From Chiloscyllium plagiosum (Eukaryota), in contig NC_057753.1 in assembly GCF_004010195.1 (NCBI RefSeq), positions 9,227,544 through 9,260,151 on the forward strand: DNA of 32,608 nt, in the 5' to 3' direction. How positions within the stretch are numbered: position 1 is the stretch's first letter; each line of letters begins with the position of its first letter. Below the pieces are notes generated by a model. It was not told the origin of the DNA. It searched no databases and was given only the letters and a program-made list of their open reading frames with translations. Of this stretch, positions 1 to 10,644 are shown in pieces. A program made the position numbers and the translations under genes.

Positions 1-22
1 AGCCTAGTGAAGGGTTAGGTGA

Positions 23-303
23 GTTTTTGTTTTAAACTGCTCATTTCTTTCAGCCTCCAACATTGTATTTCCAATGCTGTCCATCAGTGGTTGTGGTGAT
101 TCAATAACTGGTATCGTTAGAAGCCTTACGATTTTCAGTACTGCAGGTATAGCATTGTCTCATCAGCTTTGTAAAGGTAACTCGCAGCAGCGGGAGGCGT
201 GGGCTGGATTCACTAGAAATGATTAAGCAGTTAGATAACACATGTACAAGAGGGCAGGGTGGGACTTGTCTTTCGATTTGCAGAAGGTGGGAGGTTCTGG
301 TGC
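23..303. repeat. Diverged local duplication, copy 1 (paralogous to ~6621-6819 + 7498-7590)
   Basis: Colinear similarity from gtttttgttttaaactgctcatttctttc to gcagaaggtgggaggttctgg; 250-300 is identical to 7537-7587. Confidence 0.85.
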
Positions 304-333
304 TTCGGTCCATGGCAAACACAACTGCGGTAA

Positions 334-428
334 ATCATAGAATCACTACAGCGTGGAAGCAGGCCATTCATCCCATCAAGTCCACACTGACCCATCCGAC
401 GAGCATGCCACCCAGATCCACCCTATCT
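334..428 (-). mobile_element. HE1 SINE / HER1-CR1 shared 3' tail fragment
   Basis: atcatagaatcactacagcgtggaagcaggccattc...aagtccacactgacc is the reverse complement of the tail seen at 940-1015 and 15270-15330. Confidence 0.65.
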
Positions 429-444
429 AGTTGTTTCTGCTGTT

Positions 445-735
445 GAGTGAGACTAGGTCACAAGATTAGGGGGGGTAGGTTTAACACAGAGGAGAAGGAA
501 CTGCTTTTCCCGGAGAGTGGTGAATCTATGGAATTCTCTGCCCAAGGAAGCAGGAGAAGCAGCCATATTAAAGACATAGTTCGATGGGATTTTGTATGGT
601 AGGTGAATTTAGGATAGTCAGGATAATGCAGGTAAGAGGAGCTGAGACGATGGATAGATGAGCCATGATCTTTATGAATGGTGGAGTAGCTCGATGGACC
701 AAATGGCCTACTCCTGCTTCTATTACTGCGAATGT
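445..735 (+). mobile_element. CR1-clade LINE 3' end (degenerate)
   Basis: Similar to 5670-5965 (gagagtggtgaatctatggaattctctgccc; agccatgatct..gaatggtggag...aatggcctactcctgct). Confidence 0.8.
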
Positions 736-842
736 ATAAACATGCATTTTTCATGGCCAATCCGTATCAAGGTAGGTGAGCAATGTAGTGATGTGGAAAT
801 GAACATCAGAGAATGATAGAAAGGGACACGGAAAGTAAATAT

Positions 843-1018
843 CCCAGTCCAAAGATGTGCATGTCAGGTCAAATGACCATGCTAAATTGTCCATAGTGTT
901 AGGTTCATGAATCAGAAAGAAATGGGTCTGGGAGGGTTACTCTTCAGGGTGTCGGTGTGGACTTGTTGGACCGAAGGGCCTGTTTCCACACTGCAGGGAA
1001 TCGAATCTAATCAATCAA
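843..1018 (+). mobile_element. HE1-like SINE, 3' half
   Basis: cagtccaaagatgtgca...gctaaattgtccatagtg...gggcctgtttccacactg followed by aatct tail; similar to 15120-15330 and 22860-23010. Confidence 0.8.
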
Positions 1019-1047
1019 AACTGGATTCTACAGAACACAAGAATTGA

Positions 1048-1258
1048 AACTGAAGACTGTATGGCTGAATGTGTGCTGCAATGTAACACAACTGAATGTA
1101 TTGACTGCACACATTGAAGACAATAATTATGATCTGAGACTCCTTACAGGGGCATGGTTTCAGGATGACAAGGATTGGATCTGAATATTGAGGGGTACGT
1201 GGCATTCAAGTTGAATAGGAAGCGAGGTAAAGGTAGAGGGTTGGCACTGCTAATCAAC
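1048..1258 (+). mobile_element. CR1-clade ORF2 AP-endonuclease N-terminal fragment
   Basis: Translates LKTVWLNV...LTAHIEDNNYDL...WFQDDKDWDLNIEGYVAFKLNRKRGKGRGLALLI, typical of the start of the CR1 APE domain. Confidence 0.75.
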
Positions 1259-1664
1259 ATGGTACTCTGGTGTCAGCTCGGATTTCAGGTCCTGATTTCT
1301 CTGTCCTCTTCTCCCTGTTCACACAGAGTAAGATGTTTTCTGTTCTCAGCTCAGCTGGCTTTCTGCTGAAATTTTGAGCCCCTTTTACACTTTCCAGAGC
1401 AATAAAACATTCAGTCGATCAAGGCCCAATCCACAATATTCTCAGCCTGACAACCATCCAGACTGAGAGAGTCATCGGAGCAGGGAATAAAACAAGAAAA
1501 ATGAAACAAAATTATACATAAAGGCACATTTGGCGCTTAAAGTGTGTTCATTTGATAGTAAACTAGAATTAGGGGTCTCCCAGGATTCTTATCATCCCCT
1601 ACTTGAGGAATTCTCTCTCCCTAACAATATTTACATCAACAGAAATAAAGCATCTTTTATCAAA

Positions 1665-2650
1665 TAGACATAGAGATACGCAGCACGGAAATAGACATTT
1701 TGATCGAACACATCCATGCTGACAAGATGTCCTATATAAATCTAGTGTCCCATTTGCCAGCATTTGGCCCATATCCCTCCAAACCTTTCCTATTCACACA
1801 CCCATCCAGATGCCTTTTAAATGTTGTAATTGTACCAGCCTCCACCACCTCCTCTAGCCTATTTGCCCTATCCATGCCCGTCATGATTTTATAAATGTCT
1901 ATAAGATCACCCCTCAGCTTCCGACACTCCAGGGAAGCAGTCCCATCCTATTTAGGCACTCCTTATACCACAAACTCTCCAACCTTGGCGATCTCCTTAT
2001 CAATCTTTTCTGCACATTTTCAAGTTTCACAACATCGTTCCTATCCTTTAGTAGGGAGACCAGAATCGAATGCAATAATCCAAAAGTGGCAGAACCAATG
2101 TCCTGTACAGCTACAACATGACCTCCCAAGTCCCTTACACAATGCATTCAATGGGCCAAATGGCCTCTTTCTGCACTGCAGCGATCTAATGATTTCATTT
2201 TGTATCAGAGTCAATTTCAGTCACTATCTCTGGTTTATGGTGTGTCAGGGTGGGATCACTGGTACCAGAATTGCATGCAATACTCCAAACGTGGCTTAAC
2301 CAATGTCTTCTACAGTCGCAACATGACCTCCCGATTCCTGCACTCAATGCACTGACCAATAAAGGCAGGTATATCAAACACCTTCTTCACTATGCTGTCT
2401 ATGTGCGACTCCCCTTTCAAGGAACTATGAACTTACCATCGAGTTATACAGCATGATCACGGACCTTTGGTCCAACCAGTCCATGCCAACCATAATCCCA
2501 AACTAAATCAGTCTCTCCTGCCTGCTGTTGGCCTGTATCCCTCCAAACCTTTCCTATTCATGTACTAAAACAAATGTCTTTTTACTGTACCCGCATCCAC
2601 CGCTTCCAGAGGAGGTTCATTCCACACATCAACCACTCTCTGTGTAAAAT
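1665..2650 (-). mobile_element. Several CR1-clade LINE fragments (ORF2 C-terminus and 3' UTR), internally deleted
   Basis: Minus-strand ORF 1914-2147 ...KLENVQKRLIRRSPRLESLWYKECLNRMGL; repeated ccagcatttggcccatatccctccaaacctttcctattca 3' UTR motif at ~1755 and ~2520. Confidence 0.8.
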
Positions 2651-3800
2651 TTGTAATTGAATGGCAAGAATGAAGTTAAATTGAAATGGTTCATTAAAAT
2701 AAACAGCTTCTACCAAACCCCCTACAGCAGGTATGGTAGCAACTCCAACTCTGGAGTCTCTCAAATCGGTATTTCCATGGAGTGGAGGGGGGAGCAAAGT
2801 GTTGGATCCACAGAGATGGGGGTCTTCTGAGAGTGTAAAGCTAAAATTAAACCCCGTGCTTTGCTTGAAATCAAACCGCATTGACGTGGAGGAGATCGAA
2901 AGGAGTTTGCAAAGTGTCCTCCCCTCACCATGCGCCTCAGCTGCAGGGCAGCGCAGGGGCAGTGCGTCCCCACCCCATTGTGGATGTCTCAACGTGGAGG
3001 TAGCCCTGTCCATTTCTCCCTCCCTATGGGCAACATCTGGGAGCAAAGCAATGTCTCCACCTTTCCATTCCTCAACCTGGGAGGGGGAGAGAGAGAGAGG
3101 TGTGGGGGTGTGTGGTGTGGGGTGGGGACTGTTCACTTGTAGCAACTGGAGTGACTCCATGGAGGGAGCAGGCTCTCCAAAGGTGCTCAGATGCTCTCTG
3201 TCCCTCTCAAAGGTGTTTTCCTTGTGTATTCCCTCAGTTTGGCACGTATAGAGTTTGCACCCTGGAAAAGGTTTCCTTCTTTCCTCATGTTCAGAATTAT
3301 AAGGGAAGTTTCTAATGGAACTGAGCAGTATTTAAGGGATTGGCACATTGATTTCAAAGGAAGACATATGTTGCTTCATATGGTAGGTATCTGATATTGT
3401 TGGCTGTTATAAAAACTTTGTGGCTATGATTTTCCACCTTCTAAAGCAGTAATAGAGTTACGTTCTATATTTCTTGTCTATTTTTTATTTACTAGGACAG
3501 CAGGAAGTCATTCAGTAACTTCGCTGGCTTTCTTTTCCCAAGCAGCCTTGACATTTCATTATCATATTCTTGATTCAGCTCCATTTCCAGCACCTTTGTC
3601 GACAGCTTGTTCCAGGTTATTGCGATCTAAATTACGTTTTCCTCCGTACACACTTAAGGCTATCTTGTTGCATTAGGGTTTTCTGCGTCCTGTATAATAT
3701 ATGGTCAGCACTCATCTAGCGATCTACAGGAATTGCCACCGATGTTATATTCATTTAACAGTACTGACAGTGATCACTCAATTTGTGATTCTTTTTGAAG

Positions 3801-5994
3801 GAAGACTTGCAGAAAGAAATCTGAAAACAAATGATACATCATCTTCTGACAGAACCACTTGAATCAATGGGGCTTGAATATCAACAGCCATTCAATTCGA
3901 GAAGAAATGTTTGCTTTTGACTGTGTGAGAGATTTTGAACACTGGTATGGCAGGAATAATACTGAGACACCCGAGTGAGGCAGATTCAGTACGCTGTCTG
4001 TGAAAAATGCGTCAAACAATTTACTCAGCTTGGGGGATCAAAATCTCACCCCTCACAGTGGGGAGAGACTGTGTATCCATTCTGTTTTTAATTTCAAACC
4101 CAGCGCGACACAAAGAATGATCCCCTCATGGGGAAATAATGGAAATGTGGGGACTGTGGGATAGGGTTCCCTTCCCCATTGGTGCTGGACACCCACAGAT
4201 GCGTTCTCACTGGGGAGACGCCGCGCTCCTGCTCAGTATGCGGGAAGGTATTCAGTTGGCTGTGCAGCCTGCAGACATACCAGCAAGTTCACATCAGGGA
4301 GAGGCTATTCATGTGCCGCAGTTGTGGGAAAGGATTCATTCAGTCGTCCCATCTGCAGACACACCAGCAGGTTCACATCAGGGAGAGGCCGTTCGCCTGC
4401 TCTCTGTGTCGGCAGCCATTCATCGATGCATCCCACCTCCCGAAACACCAGCGGGTTCACCTGGGGGAGAGGCCGTTCACCTGCTCTGAGTGCAGGAAGG
4501 GATTTGTCGATTCTTACACCCTGCTGACCCACTAGCAGGTCCACATCGGAGAGGCGCCGTTCACCTGCCTTAAGTGCGAGAAGAGCTTCAGTCATGTGGG
4601 CAACTTGTGGAGGCACCAGCCGATCCACACCAGAGAGGGGCCATTCACATGCTCTGTGTGTGGGAAGGGGTTCACTCTAAGACATCTACACTGTAATCTA
4701 CCAAAGGGTCCATATCATGGAGAGGGAGTTCATCTGCTCTCAGTGTGGAAAGGGCTTCACCCGCTCCTCCCACCTGCGGAGCCACCAGCGAGTTCTCGAA
4801 TTTTTTGAGGATGTAACTCTGAAGATGGACAAGGGAGATCCAGTGGATGTAGTGGACCTGGAGTTTCAGAAAGCCTTTGATAAGGTCCCACGTAGGAGGT
4901 TAGTGAGCAAAATTAGGGCCCATGGTACTGGGGGCAAAGTACTGACTTGGATTGAAAATTGGTTGGCTGACAGGAAACAAGAGTAGTGATCAATGGCGCC
5001 CTTCCGGAATGGCAGGTGGAGACCAGTGGGGTACCGCAGGGATCAGTGTTGGGTCCGCAGCTTTTTACAATATATATTAATGATATAGAAGATGGTATTA
5101 GTAGTAATATTAGCAAATTTGCTGATGATACAGAGCTGGGTGGCAGGGTGAAATGTGAGGAGGATGTTAGGAGATTACAGGGTGACCTGGCCAGGTTAGG
5201 TGAGTGGACAGATGCATGGCAGATGCAGTTTAATGTGGATAAATGTATGGTTATCCACATTGGTGGCAAGAACAGGAAGGCAGATTACTACCTAAATGGA
5301 GTCAAGTTAGGTAAAGGGGCAGTACAAAGAGATCTGGGTGTTCTTGTACACCAGTCAATGAAGGTAAGCATGCAGGTACAGCAGGTAGTGAAGAAAGCTA
5401 ATAGCATGCTGGCCTGGAATATTGTGTGCAGTTCTGGTCTCCAAATTTGAGGAAAGACATTCTGGCTATTGAGGGAGTGCAGCGTAGGTTCACGAGGTCA
5501 ATTCTTTGAATAGCGGGACTATCTTATGTTGTAAGATTGGAGCGACTGGGCTTGTATACCCTTGAGTTTAGAAGACTGAGAGGGGATCTGATTGAGACGG
5601 ATAAGATTATTAAAGGATTGGACACTCTGGAGGCAGGAAATATGTTTCCCCTGATGGGTGAGTCCCGAACCAGAGGACACAGCTTAAAAATAAGGGGTAG
5701 GTCATTTAGGACAGAGATGAGGAGAAACGTCTTCACCCGGAGAGTGGTGGCTGTGTGGAATGCTCTGCCACAGAAGGCAGTGGAGGCCCAGTCTCTGGAT
5801 TCGTTTAAGAAAGTGTTGGATATAGCTCTCAAGGATAGTGGAATCAAGGGTTATGAAGATAAGGCAGGAACAGGATACTGATTGAGGATGATCAGCCATG
5901 ATCATAATGAATGGTGGTGCAGGCTCGAAGGGAAGAATGGCCGACTCCTGCACCTATTGTCCATTGAGTTCACGTGCCATTGCAGGGGGATTGA
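3801..5994 (+). pseudogene. C2H2 zinc-finger gene copy A (last exon, ~8 fingers), interrupted by a CR1
   Basis: Acceptor-like ctttttgaag|g at 3800; CxxC-12x-HxxxH repeats 4140-4795; in-frame TAA 4137-4139 and TAG 4533-4535; frameshift ~4680-4715; last finger resumes after the CR1 as HVPLQGD* (stop 5992-5994). Confidence 0.88.
4796..5965 (+). mobile_element. 5'-truncated CR1-clade (HER1-like) LINE with RT C-terminal region, 3' UTR and 6-bp TSD
   Basis: [27 protein letters not shown] motifs; tail ctcctgcacctattgtccatt; GAGTTC at both 4790-4795 and 5966-5971; internal deletion near 5415. Confidence 0.95.
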
Positions 5995-5995
5995 A

Positions 5996-6305
5996 GGAGC
6001 GACGGCCGAGTGCAATTATTGGCTGGACTATCAACCCAGTTCCGGGGATTCCCGGGGTTTGAATCCACCCGAGGCAGATAGTGGGCTTGGAATTCGGTCA
6101 GAAATTTGGAGTTCTGAATCTAATAATGAAACCATTTTTGGGGGTAGAAACTGCCATCTAAATCACTCATGTCCCATTTAGGAAAGGAAACTGCCATTGT
6201 GGGAAAGGATTCACTCAGTCATCTTAACTGCATCCTTTAACTGGTCTGGCGTCCACCTCACTCCAGACCCACAGCAGCATGGTTGACCATTGACTGCCCC
6301 CTCCC
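5996..6305 (+). mobile_element. tRNA-headed SINE (non-HE1), degenerate
   Basis: A/B-box-like head (ggccgagtg; ggtttgaatcc) and body ctggtctggc...ctccagacccacagcagcatggttgaccattgactgcccc whose reverse complement recurs at 24095-24145 and 24695-24790. Confidence 0.6.
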
Positions 6306-6819
6306 CCGCATGTCAAATGAGTGGGAGTAACTTAAATGGATACAGTGTGTGGGTTGAAATTGCTGAGTGAGGCAATACTTCCTTCAGCTTAAGGCTGTAC
6401 CAAGGATCCAATTATAAAGGGACAACTCGGTGCTGACCAACAGTAAAGGAAGTGGAGTTGGGAGCAGTGTGTGAGCTTTGAGCTGTTTAAAAAATCGCTT
6501 CTTTTCATGCACTTTTTTTGCTGGGGAGATCTGAAGCTGTAACAAAGTTGGGTGGCAATAAAGGTTACTTGAACTTAACCCCAGTCTCAGACTGTCAATG
6601 AAAGCTATGAGATCCAATAGGTTTTTGTTTTAAAACTGCTCATTTCTTTCAACCTCTTGCACTAAGTTTCCAATATCGTGTATCAGAAGGAGCAGTGAAT
6701 GAGTAGCTAATATTGTTAGAAATTGTAAGTTTTTCATCTCTGCAGGTATTGCATCGTTTCATCGACATTGTAAGGTTTACTGGCAGCACCGGGAAGTGTG
6801 GGATGTATTCACAAGAAAC

Positions 6820-7497
6820 AAAGTTAAAAATCATACAACACCAGGTTATACTCCAACATGTTTATCTGGAAGCACGAACTTTCGGAACACTACTCCTTCA
6901 TCAGGTGTTTGTGGAGAAGGATCATAGGAGAATTTATAGCAATAGATCGCAGTTTCATGCAACAGAAATGATATAGAACAACTTAGATTGTTGTGAAGTC
7001 TTTCATCTTTGAGAATGGGTTGCAGGTTTTGGTTCATTAATATGTAAATCCCAGAACTTGTTTGAAGACACATTCGAGACAACTTAAGGTCTGTATCCCA
7101 ATCTTGAGTGAGACTGGTTCTATTTCCAAAGTAGGAATTTATAAAATCTCACATGGATTAACTGCCTGTAGATTGTATTTGGCTCAAAAAGCGCACAATG
7201 TCTCTGCAAATACAAAATCACACCAAAGCCTTATATGTAAGTGCGCATGCATGAGAGTATGGGTGAGTGTGTGCGTGCTTGATAAAATCTGTGAGTGATA
7301 GAGTATCAGGCTGTGAGAGGGTGTATATTTGTGTGTGTCTGAGAGCTGGATCTGTGTGAATGTGAGATTGTGTGCTTTGTGTGGATGTGCGAGAGTGTGA
7401 CAGTGAAGTGGGGTTACCTGTCATGTGACATAAATCCAAGGTCCTGGTTGATGCCATCCTCATGTGTTCCGAACTTGGCTACTAGCCTCTGCTGGGC
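6820..7497 (-). mobile_element. Penelope-like element 3' end (GIY-YIG C-terminus, CA-rich spacer, terminal repeat with hammerhead motif)
   Basis: Minus ORF ends VAQQRLVAKFGTHEDGINQDLGFMSHDR* (T...G[L/I]N end of GIY-YIG); absent from paralogous copy 1; TSD-like CACAAGAAAC / CACTAAAAC. Confidence 0.8.
6872..6907 (-). ncRNA. Minimal type I hammerhead ribozyme motif (Penelope-associated)
   Basis: Reverse complement CAC-CUGAUGA-A-GGAGU(AGU)GUUCC-GAAA-GU-UC-GUG: conserved core, helix II with G-U pairs, helix I CAC/GUG. Confidence 0.6.
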
Positions 7498-7679
7498 CAC
7501 TAAAACTGAATAAGCAGTTAAATAGCACAGATTGTTGAGGGCAGGGTGGGACTTGTCTTTCGATTTGCAGAAGGTGGGAGGTTCTGGGTGCTGGAAACTA
7601 GGGAACACACATGCTGGAGGACCTTCGGCTCAGAGAGATGCAGCTGGAAGCCAGGCTGCAGACACGTTGGGGGAATCAT

Positions 7680-7967
7680 CAAACCCCCTACACTGTGAAA
7701 ACAGGCCCTTTGGCCGAACAATGCACACTGACCCCACCCTTAGAGCAACCCACTCAATAACCTCCACAGCGAATCCCTGAATTTAGAACACCCAATCCCA
7801 CTCTAAGATTTACATCTTGGGAGGAAACCAGAGCACCCAGAGATTGGGGGGTGGGGGGTGGTTGGAAAGTGCAAACTCCACACAGACAAACACCCTGAGA
7901 GTGGGATCGAACTCAACTCCCTGGCACTGTGAGGCAGCGGTGCGAACCGCTGAGCTGCTGCCGCGCC
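7680..7967 (-). mobile_element. HE1-like SINE
   Basis: gtgcaaactccacacagaca...gggatcgaactc...ccctggcactgtgaggcagcggtgcgaaccgctgagc is the reverse complement of the tRNA-like head at 14972 and 20646. Confidence 0.85.
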
Positions 7968-7980
7968 GCCTACAGTCTTG

Positions 7981-8040
7981 GATTGAAGGAATCGATTGAC
8001 TTCATTCCAGGATTGAAGGAATCGATTGGCTTCATGCCAG
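7981..8040. repeat. 30-bp tandem duplication (28/30 identical)
   Basis: gattgaaggaatcgattgacttcattccag / gattgaaggaatcgattggcttcatgccag. Confidence 0.95.
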
Positions 8041-8760
8041 TCCTGGTGACACTCCAGCCCGTTTGGGGAATTGAATTTGCTTCTACAGAGTTTCCACGGT
8101 ACAGGGGTCATTGCGTCTCAGCAGCTTTAACGATCAAAAGAAGGGCTCGTCTACAGCGAAAACACTAGTCCACATTTCGCTCCAGAGTTAAAGTTCTCTG
8201 CACAGTCAGAACCCTGGAACACTCCCACGCAGGCTGCGTGGAATCGCGGGGCTTCTCAAGTCACGTTGATATTTGAAATAACTTCCCCTCCTGGATTTAA
8301 ACGCTGCTAATATTCAGGCCCTGAGTAAATTTCTTGTGCACGCCTGAACAGCAAATCCTCCTCTGCTAACACCTTGAGAAAACAGATCATTGCTGTCAGT
8401 GCAGGGCAGGAAATAGGATAAGAGAATTCTAGTTTGTACCGAACAGCCTTCCCTATCTCCTACCCGAAATCTGTCTCCCATTTCCTCCACTTTTCAATGG
8501 ATTCCAACTCGAATTCATTCTTCCATCCTCCTGTTTTTGCCCAGCTCCCCTCACCAGAAAGCGCTGACTCTCGGTTCAGTTTCTTACTCACTTCTTGCCA
8601 TTCCCAGTATATTGCCCACATCTTTATTTAGTTTTTAAAACAGAAAGGCAGTGGTTTGCTGATGCCAGGATCTGAGGGTAATTGCGCTCACGCTCCAGAT
8701 TCTCTCTCACGTCATTCACAATAATCTGCACTGCACATGTGCAAAGAAGGGGATGATGGG
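8030..8760 (-). pseudogene. Highly degenerate C2H2 ZNF copy B (exon 1, short intron, start of last exon)
   Basis: Donor GTGAGTAAG at 8591; acceptor ttttctcaag|g at 8373; intron end similar to 22525-22610; decayed finger PWKLCRSKFNSPNGLECHQDWH. Confidence 0.6.
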
Positions 8761-8907
8761 AGTGGGTGGGACGCATTCACCAACTCCCCATTCAATCAAG
8801 ACCCAATCATGCCCACAGCGCCCCCTGTCTATTCTCTCTCGCTATCCCTAGCTTCACCCCTCTCACACACATGCCACCCACTGCACCTCCGTCCATTCTA
8901 TCGCCAT

Positions 8908-8991
8908 NNNNNNNNNNNNNNNNNNNNNNNNNNNNNNNNNNNNNNNNNNNNNNNNNNNNNNNNNNNNNNNNNNNNNNNNNNNNNNNNNNNN
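8908..8991. other. Assembly gap
   Basis: Run of N. Confidence 1.
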
Positions 8992-9504
8992 CACGTCCAT
9001 TCTCTCTCCCCACACTCTGCAACCCCATTCTCTCTCTCTCTGACAAACGCTCTGCCCCCCACCCTGTGCACCCCCAGGGTTTCTCGAACTCCAATGCTCT
9101 GTCCCCGTATCCATTTCTCTCTCTCTCTTCCCCCTAGCCTCTGTTTCCTGTCCAATTTCTCTAGCCGCACCCCCACCCTGATCCTTTCTTGTGCCTCGAG
9201 CGCCCTTTGATCACTGTACCAGCCCTTCTAAGGATAGAGAGAGAGCGGTTGGTGATCACTCTACCTGGGAGATGGGAGGGGGTGGTGTGAGAAAGGCTGA
9301 TCTTTAACATTGAGAATCGCTAAAATGATATTTTCAAAAACATCAGTAAAGTTTGAAAGCAAATTCAATTATTTTTAAAAAACGCTGCAGACATTTTTCT
9401 GAAACTTGCATTGAAATCCGTGCAATTTGGCCACAGTTGAGGGCCGGCTGTAAGGATGGAATGGCCAATTCCTCGTCTTGTGAAGTTGGTTCAGATAAAG
9501 TAGA

Positions 9505-9815
9505 AATAGAGTCATAGAGTTGCAGAGCAGGGAAACAAACCTTTCGGTGCATGCCAAGCACATATTCTAAATTAATCTGGTGATCCATTTGCCACCATTT
9601 GGCCCATATCTCCCTCAACCCTTCCTATTCATATACCCATCCAGATGCCTTTTAAATGTTGTAATTGTTCCAGACTCGACCACTGTCTCTGGCAGCTCAT
9701 TCCATACATATACCACGCTCTGCATGCAAATGTTACCAGTTTGGTCTCATTTCAACCTTTCCCCTCTCAACCTAAACCTATGCCCCTCCCGTTTTGGCTT
9801 TCCTCTACCCTTCGG
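9505..9815 (-). mobile_element. CR1-clade LINE 3' end
   Basis: tagagtcatagag...ttggcccatatc...ccatccagatgccttttaaatgttgtaattgt, shared with 1665-1860 and 16515-16930. Confidence 0.85.
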
Positions 9816-9899
9816 AAAAGACATTCAAAGGTTGAGCAGCCAGACAAAATGCAAAAGGAATAAACTGTTGAGCTCCAGGTAAACAAAAGAAGTGGGCTC

Positions 9900-10240
9900 C
9901 AGCCTTTTGTTCTCTCCGATTGGCAGTTGGACCAGCATCTCCACTGGGCATATTACGCATGCTTCTCGATGTCAGGAAGCATTGCGCATGTACGCTGGTG
10001 TCAGCAAAATACTGCGCATGCTCGTTGCTGTCAGCGGAAATGGCACTCAATATTCTTCTGATCGACCCTGAAGGATCGGAAGGAGTGTGGTCCTCCTGCC
10101 ATTGAGAGCCTCCCCACTATTGTCGGAATGCGGAAGTTGGACCATGCGCTTGTGAAGGTGTTGCTGCTCCTCTCTCTATGAATGAAGATTGAACTTCATC
10201 CCAGACTGCAACTTCTTTCCTCTGTCCAACATCTGTGAGT
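9900..10240 (+). promoter_or_regulatory. Putative Pol II promoter and first exon of ZNF copy C
   Basis: ATTGG box 9919; three NRF1-like RCGCATG (9955, 9984, 10014); YY1-like AAATGGC 10038; ETS-like CGGAAG 10131; donor GTGAGT 10235. Confidence 0.55.
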
Positions 10241-10444
10241 ACAACACACTCTTCTCACCCCCTTTTCCATTTTATTTTTTCACTCTGGTGTTCAGTTCTT
10301 GACTTGCAGCAACGTTGGTTTAGGTATGTGTCTTAATTGGCAAACACATGGTAAATGTAGCAACGCAGTGTGAAGTTATAGCCTTTCCTATGACATAAAA
10401 ACAGAAAGGAGGTACATTGTTTAAATGGTGATATATTGGGATGT

Positions 10445-10575
10445 GGAGTAAGTGAGGACTGCAGATACCGGAAATCAGAGTCGAAAATTGTGGCGCTGGA
10501 AAAGCACAGCTGGTCTGACAGCATCCGAGGTGCAGAACAGTCAACGTTTTGGGCAAAAGCCCTTCATCAGGAATG
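10445..10575 (-). mobile_element. Penelope-like terminal repeat with inactivated hammerhead motif
   Basis: Similar to 29076-29205 and to the reverse complement of 16360-16470; core reads CUGAUGA-A-GGGC(UUUU)GCCC-AAAA (G12>A). Confidence 0.7.
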
Positions 10576-10644
10576 ATGTGTGGATGTACAAACGTGCCTC
10601 AGCTACCTTCTGCTCAGACTTTCGACTCCAGTCAATGCCAGTTG

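Larger units (their letters stand above)
6621..7590. repeat. Diverged local duplication, copy 2, split by a Penelope-like insertion
   Basis: 6621-6819 aligns to 23-219 and 7498-7590 aligns to 211-303. Confidence 0.85.

Noticed and set aside
2582..3251. Overlapping 192-aa and 172-aa ORFs as genes
   Set aside because: No recognisable domain; include simple repeats and CR1 sequence
4717..4986. Functional ZNF-RT fusion protein
   Set aside because: Host has upstream stops and a frameshift, the finger lacks its last His, and the RT frame breaks at 4986
6400..6620. TATAAA...AATAAA block as an LTR or promoter
   Set aside because: No termini, TSD or second copy visible in the window
8737..9210. ORFs spanning the first gap
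   Set aside because: N run plus CT-rich low-complexity sequence
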